A DNA stretch of 64,000 nt from an uncultured Desulfarculus sp. (lineage in GTDB: Bacteria; Desulfobacterota; Desulfarculia; Desulfarculales; Desulfarculaceae). Position numbers and translations under genes: made by a program. Positions 58,955 through 64,000 of the stretch are shown here, piece by piece. Positions within the stretch are counted from its first letter, which is position 1; each line of letters starts with the position of its first letter. The stretch covers positions 64,001 to 128,000 of the forward strand of contig CAXXUK010000002.1 in the NCBI GenBank assembly GCA_963665125.2, read 5' to 3'. Below the pieces are notes generated by a model. The model worked only from the letters and a program-made list of their open reading frames with translations, ran no database searches and was not told the DNA's origin.

Positions 58955-60823
58955 ATGACAACAGAGATGGACAAACAAGAATTGATAGTAGATGAACCAA
59001 CTGAAATTATAGATGCCCCAGAACCCGATGACCACGAGCCGGATCAAGACAAAGGGGAACGAAGTAGTTCACCCTATGTATCCCTTGATGACGGCTTGTA
59101 CAAAGTCGAAGGATCGAGTCAAACCAAGGTTTGCTCACCACTTAAGATCACAGCGCGCACCAGAAACAACGATGGTACCAAGTGGGGAGCCATAATTGAG
59201 CTTCAAGATTTAGACAATAATTGGAAGGAGCTCATAATTCCAAATAGCAAGATTACCGGTACCGGTGCCGAACTTGTAGCATTGTTGGTTGATAGAGGTC
59301 TAAGGCTGGCAAACCAAAAACCGAAAACCAAACAAGACCTACTTGACTACCTGGCACTTGAGGATATTGACGTACGCGCTCTTTGTGTTGACCGTCCCGG
59401 TTGGCACGACAATGTGTTCGTGACGCCCTATGACGTATTCAATGGAACCGGCAAGAAGTTGATTGAGCGGGTTGTCCTACAAGGGGCCGAGTTCCAGAGC
59501 AACATAGCCAAAACAGGCACACTAAAAGACTGGAACGCCGAAGTAGGTAAATACCTATCTGGCAACAGTCGCCTATTGTTGGCTGTCGGAGCATCCCTAG
59601 CCGCGCCTCTGTTGCACCTACTGGACATACCAGAAAGCGGTGGCTTCCATTTCCATGGAGGGTCATCCATAGGCAAGACCACGGCATTAATTGTCGGTGG
59701 TAGCGTATGGGGTGGTGGGCCAAATGGCTATATCCATTCCTGGCATGCAACACAAAACGGAATTGAAGCAATTGCTGAAGCCTACTGTGATGCAACACTA
59801 TGCTTGGATGAAATCAGCCAGGGAAATGCCAAGGATGTTGGCCAAACGGCTTATATGCTGGCTAATGGCCAAGGGAAGACACGATCCAACAAATCAATTA
59901 CTGTTGATCCTGTCAAACACTGGCGCTTGATCTTCCTCAGTACTGGCGAGGACACATTGTCTGACAAAATCGCTGAGGCTGGTGAAAGAGTGCGTGCAGG
60001 CCAGATGGCTAGACTCGCAGATGTACCTGCTGATGTGGGTACAGGGTATGGAATATTCGACACCTTGCATGATTTCAGAGGTCCAGGGCAACTAGCAGAC
60101 CACTTAAAGGAAGCCGCCCGTAATCACCATGGCACCTTGGCCGCAGCATATTTAGCAAAGCTGACGGAGGATATGTCCTCAGACAAGGCATCATTGATGA
60201 CCTTGCTGGAAGATGAGATGGATTCGTTCATCGAATTGTTGGAGATATCAGAATCAGATGGCCAAGTAAAACGAGTAGCGAAACGTTTCGCTCTTGCAGC
60301 CGCAGCCGGTGAACTGGCCATCAGATATGGTCTGCTGGACCAAGAAGAAGGTGAGTTCCTGCTAGGCGTTGCCACCTGCTTTGAAGCTTGGCTGGAGCAT
60401 CGTGGAACAAGCGGTGCCATCGAGGACGATCAGATACTAAGCCATATCCGCCACTTTATAGAGCGATACCAAAATAGTCGTTTTGAGTCATCGCTGGTGC
60501 CAGACCCATCAATAAAAGATTTGGCTGGCTATATTAAGCCATTTGATCGTGGTCCTAACGAAAACCAAACAGTGTTTGCGTTTTTACCGGATGTCTTTAA
60601 AGCAGAAGTGTGTAAGGGGTTTTCTTATAAGAGATGCGTTGAAACCTTAAAGAAGAACGACCTAATAGTACTAGATGGTGATGGCCGAGCAGATAAAAGA
60701 GTTAGAATTTATGGCACACCAATTCGGTGTATATGCATACTGGACAAAATTTTATACGAAGACACCAGTAATGCGGATGCGGAGGAAGGTATTTCCTCGA
60801 TTAGTGCCATATCCGACTTCTGA
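58955..60823 (+). CDS. DUF927-domain replication helicase-like protein
   Basis: VCSPL.I.A..R, V...GWH, GGFHFHGGSSIGKTT Walker A, LCLDE Walker B, YMLANGQGK.R, LSTGE, RVAKRFAL. Confidence 0.85.
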   Translation: MTTEMDKQELIVDEPTEIIDAPEPDDHEPDQDKGERSSSPYVSLDDGLYKVEGSSQTKVCSPLKITARTRNNDGTKWGAIIELQDLDNNWKELIIPNSKITGTGAELVALLVDRGLRLANQKPKTKQDLLDYLALEDIDVRALCVDRPGWHDNVFVTPYDVFNGTGKKLIERVVLQGAEFQSNIAKTGTLKDWNAEVGKYLSGNSRLLLAVGASLAAPLLHLLDIPESGGFHFHGGSSIGKTTALIVGGSVWGGGPNGYIHSWHATQNGIEAIAEAYCDATLCLDEISQGNAKDVGQTAYMLANGQGKTRSNKSITVDPVKHWRLIFLSTGEDTLSDKIAEAGERVRAGQMARLADVPADVGTGYGIFDTLHDFRGPGQLADHLKEAARNHHGTLAAAYLAKLTEDMSSDKASLMTLLEDEMDSFIELLEISESDGQVKRVAKRFALAAAAGELAIRYGLLDQEEGEFLLGVATCFEAWLEHRGTSGAIEDDQILSHIRHFIERYQNSRFESSLVPDPSIKDLAGYIKPFDRGPNENQTVFAFLPDVFKAEVCKGFSYKRCVETLKKNDLIVLDGDGRADKRVRIYGTPIRCICILDKILYEDTSNADAEEGISSISAISDF

Positions 60824-60849
60824 TTTAGCCTAGCTATCAAATAAAACAC

Positions 60850-60967
60850 CACGGTTCCATAGTTCTCAATCATTACCCAAGAAACCAATGACGATAAACA
60901 CCGGGCTGAAGCCTTGGATGGGATATCTCTGTCTTGGTCTTGGGTATACGGGAACTATGGAACCGTG
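60850..60967. repeat. Long nested inverted repeat
   Basis: Perfect 16-bp arms CACGGTTCCATAGTTC / GAACTATGGAACCGTG; inner TACCCAAGA / TCTTGGGTA. Confidence 0.9.
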
Positions 60968-60994
60968 TATTGGGTATGTATCTGTTTTATAATA

Positions 60995-63900
60995 TTATTC
61001 TAATGATTTTTTTACTGTTTCTTCAATGACAACGGGGTCTTCAATTTTCATTTTTAGCAAATCACATATCTTTTGCCGTATGGAAACAGGAACGTCAAAG
61101 AAGTATATTTTATCAACTAGTAACCATTTTAACACATTGTCAGTCATAGGATTTTTATGAACCATTTTGTGTAATTCTTGTAAATCCTTAATAGGAACTT
61201 GAGGCGAATATTTTAATTTTATACCTAGATCAATTAGCATATATGGGATGTCATTATGTGCTTCTTTAATCTTCTTATAGGTTGGATAAAAGTACTCAGA
61301 TCCTATCTCTCGGCATAAGCATTTAATATGATTAACGCATAGCATCGTAAGGAAAAAATGAGTAGCAGTGTCGTAAATTATGTCAAACTCATTTTGAGTT
61401 ATTTCTTTATCGGGAAGCCCGATTAACGTACCAACGATATCTTGTATTTGTTTATATTGATGTTTAAAAGATAGAAGAATGTAGTTTAAGGATCGCAACA
61501 TTAGTTTGTAGCATTTATCAATTAATGAAGTTTTCATTTCGCTGTATAAAGATCCTGGAAAATTCCTAAGAACTTGACCTACCAAATGTATGGTTGAACT
61601 GGCCAGATTAGAATCATATTGTTGACCTCTTGGAAGGCATCTATTTTCATCATCGAATGGTTTTAATAGCTTGCCATTACGATCAGGGCTATCATCAAGC
61701 TGTCTATAGTGATTTTTTGTGCGTTCTTTGGCACAATTGCCATTAAGAACAACTTTAGTGATTCGAGGTTCATGCCTATTTAAAAAGCTAACATCCGCAT
61801 CGAAATCACAGATAGGTATGTCGTAAAACAATTGATCCATATAATCTTTGATGATCTCTAATGCATTGTGGTCTTTAGTAAGATAGAAATAAAACATTAA
61901 CATGTTATTATGGTCTTCATCGCTGATGTGATCCATAAAGCTTATAAGCATATTGTCAATTTGTTCTCTATACGCCGGATGATCATTGTTTGTGTTCATC
62001 CAGCTTGCCACAAAGTAATAAAAAATATAAGGATATCTTATGGTGATAAAATCATCAATTGTTACGAGAAAATCATTTTGATAAAGATCATTTTTAAGCA
62101 AAGCATATTCAGTATCAATATCATATTTATTTGAAAATATGGTGTAAATCGCTTTTAAATCGGTTTCAGCGAGTTGAAATGTTTTATTTGTGTACATGTA
62201 AATCGCAATTTCTTCTAGAAATGAATTTTTAAAATCGGGAGATATTTCATATTTTGATTTCAATAATGCTTCATTAATTAGTAATTGATAAAAATATCCA
62301 AATGAGCCATATTGTCTATCTATATTATGTTTAATCTCGATGGTTTGGATTATGGTAATGATATAGAATGGATGACTTGGTACAATGCCATTCCCTGTTA
62401 TTGAATTAAGGTCATTCATCATGAAGTGAGCTTGGTTATTTAAATCGACATCAGATAATGTTTCACTTTGTCCTAACTTTAACCAGTTCTCAATCATTTC
62501 ATGTTTTTGAAGATTGCCCATCTCACAAATTTCACAAATGATATAGTCCTTTAAGCTAAAATTTTGAAAGTTTTTTACATTGACAGGAAGGGCCTCGGTT
62601 ATTTGCCTAGTTAAAATAATGATGATTGAGAATATATCCTCAAGCTTTTTTAGTGCGTTATAGCGTGCATCTGAATTCAACTTACTAAGATGATAATCGT
62701 CGATGATGAGTACTCTAGAATTTGTTGCAAGCTGTAAATATAAATCTGTTTGGCCTGGGCCATATTGATGCTCAACAGATGACTTAATAATGTTTATAAT
62801 TGATTTATCTTTAGTTGATTTAAGTTGTATGCCCTCGATGACAATTGGGTATTTCTTAGCATAAAACATTTGTAAGAATAATTTTTTTATTAATGTTGAT
62901 TTGCCTGATTTGGAAGATCCAAGTATGGCTATTTTGTGCTTCTGGCAGGCAAAATCAAAAATATACCCACCTTTAATGATGTTAATTTTAAATCTATTGT
63001 TTGCCAGATCATTTGAACGAGAAATTTTAAAATTTGGATACATAAAAATGTCGTCTAGACTTAGGTTGTCCTTACGTTTATGGCAGAAGATCGCCCCAGT
63101 GTCCTTTAAATAATTATTAAAGCTTTCGCTTAAAGATAATGTTTTATGATTAATAATTGCGGAGTTAATAAAATATGGCTCTGCTGTTGGTGCGGATTTG
63201 TAAATTCCGTCATGCCATTTAATACTGATCGGACTTATCATGTTTGATTCGAAATTATATTCAAAAACATTAAACTCAGAGAAATCATTGCTAGGTTGGG
63301 AAAACAATGACCCTTGATAATAGTTGGTAATATTGTTCGTAGTGTGATTATGTATTTCATTGTCAATAAACTCATGCTCATGACCAGAAAGAATAATATC
63401 AGAGTTGTCTTCAAAGGCTCTGATCAATTCGTTTTTAGTATCTGGATTAAGCCAAGAATAAGGGTGATGAAATGCGCTGATAGTAAGGCTGGAATCAGTC
63501 TCTTTGTCGGCAATAAAAGTCTTTGGGAAGTCAATAGACCCTTGTTTTTCGTGTTTTTGGGAGCACCAGGATGAATTATAACAATTAATAAATAATGTAA
63601 ATTTGTCAATTGATATTTTAAATTGTTTCAGCAGCCCGTTATTGATTGTACAAATGCTATGGTCAACAAATTTATTTGAAAAATGGTCATAATTTGACTG
63701 GTGTGAGAGTAGCGCTTTTAACGTTACATCGTCATTGAGCAGATCTAGGTTTTTTAAACAATTTGGCAATAATGTATTTCTCATATTTGTGGATTTGTTT
63801 TCAAAATCGCAATCGTGATTACCTGGTACAAAAAACAAAAACAAATGTGTATTTGGGAATTTATCAATGAAGCATTTTTTAATGGTTTCAAAAAATATAC

Positions 63901-64000
63901 TTGCAGTTTCATATTGATGAACGCTACCTGTAGATGCAATGTCACCAGTAACAATAAAAAAGCAAAACTGTTTATTAAATAATGACTCAGTCAAGGAAGA
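60995..64000 (-). CDS. Calcineurin-like metallophosphoesterase fused to STAND-type P-loop NTPase (5' end outside the window)
   Basis: TGDIA, VPGNHD, FHHP, LSGHEH; Walker A GSSKSGKS, Walker B VLIIDD; long helical C-terminus; frame open at window edge. Confidence 0.82.
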   Translation of the reverse strand, partial: SSLTESLFNKQFCFFIVTGDIASTGSVHQYETASIFFETIKKCFIDKFPNTHLFLFFVPGNHDCDFENKSTNMRNTLLPNCLKNLDLLNDDVTLKALLSHQSNYDHFSNKFVDHSICTINNGLLKQFKISIDKFTLFINCYNSSWCSQKHEKQGSIDFPKTFIADKETDSSLTISAFHHPYSWLNPDTKNELIRAFEDNSDIILSGHEHEFIDNEIHNHTTNNITNYYQGSLFSQPSNDFSEFNVFEYNFESNMISPISIKWHDGIYKSAPTAEPYFINSAIINHKTLSLSESFNNYLKDTGAIFCHKRKDNLSLDDIFMYPNFKISRSNDLANNRFKINIIKGGYIFDFACQKHKIAILGSSKSGKSTLIKKLFLQMFYAKKYPIVIEGIQLKSTKDKSIINIIKSSVEHQYGPGQTDLYLQLATNSRVLIIDDYHLSKLNSDARYNALKKLEDIFSIIIILTRQITEALPVNVKNFQNFSLKDYIICEICEMGNLQKHEMIENWLKLGQSETLSDVDLNNQAHFMMNDLNSITGNGIVPSHPFYIITIIQTIEIKHNIDRQYGSFGYFYQLLINEALLKSKYEISPDFKNSFLEEIAIYMYTNKTFQLAETDLKAIYTIFSNKYDIDTEYALLKNDLYQNDFLVTIDDFITIRYPYIFYYFVASWMNTNNDHPAYREQIDNMLISFMDHISDEDHNNMLMFYFYLTKDHNALEIIKDYMDQLFYDIPICDFDADVSFLNRHEPRITKVVLNGNCAKERTKNHYRQLDDSPDRNGKLLKPFDDENRCLPRGQQYDSNLASSTIHLVGQVLRNFPGSLYSEMKTSLIDKCYKLMLRSLNYILLSFKHQYKQIQDIVGTLIGLPDKEITQNEFDIIYDTATHFFLTMLCVNHIKCLCREIGSEYFYPTYKKIKEAHNDIPYMLIDLGIKLKYSPQVPIKDLQELHKMVHKNPMTDNVLKWLLVDKIYFFDVPVSIRQKICDLLKMKIEDPVVIEETVKKSLE

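Larger units (their letters stand above)
57919..64000. mobile_element. Genomic island or satellite-like element integrated at the selC 3' end (continues beyond window)
   Basis: Abrupt GC drop after the tRNA; tandem 11-bp repeat; DUF927 gene; very AT-rich cargo gene; no integrase inside the window. Confidence 0.8.

Noticed and set aside
60850..60967. Retron msr-msd interpretation of the long inverted repeat
   Set aside because: No reverse transcriptase in the window and the flanking genes are convergent; revisit only if an RT lies in the rest of the island.

Overview
High-GC bacterial chromosome segment. Gene content (ntrY/ntrX-like pair, HDOD, FmdB, tRNA-Sec, def-fmt-rsmB-rpe) suggests a sulfate-reducing deltaproteobacterium, possibly Desulfarculaceae-like (inference). 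Positions 1-57918 are mostly core and metabolic genes: serS, a PBP, a two-component pair plus a NodZ-like fucosyltransferase, a MacAB-TolC-type exporter whose adaptor carries a cytoplasmic PAS domain, tandem nucleoside deaminases with PNP, gmd-fcl, def-fmt-rsmB-rpe, a dnaJ-TPM-NTase-TPM-lemA-mgtC cluster, five YIP1-like membrane paralogues around a lipoprotein, a LysM protein, a probable CC-adding enzyme and tRNA-Sec (selC). After selC the GC content drops sharply into an integrated element with tandem arm-like repeats, a DUF927 helicase-like gene and a very AT-rich metallophosphoesterase-STAND NTPase gene (candidate anti-phage system) running off the window. Best leads: the PAS-fused efflux adaptor, the YIP1 array, the selC-island defence candidate, tandem NrdR-like boxes in front of a probable sRNA, and a possible FmdB selenoprotein. 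All calls come from motif recognition by eye; no searches or folding programs were run.
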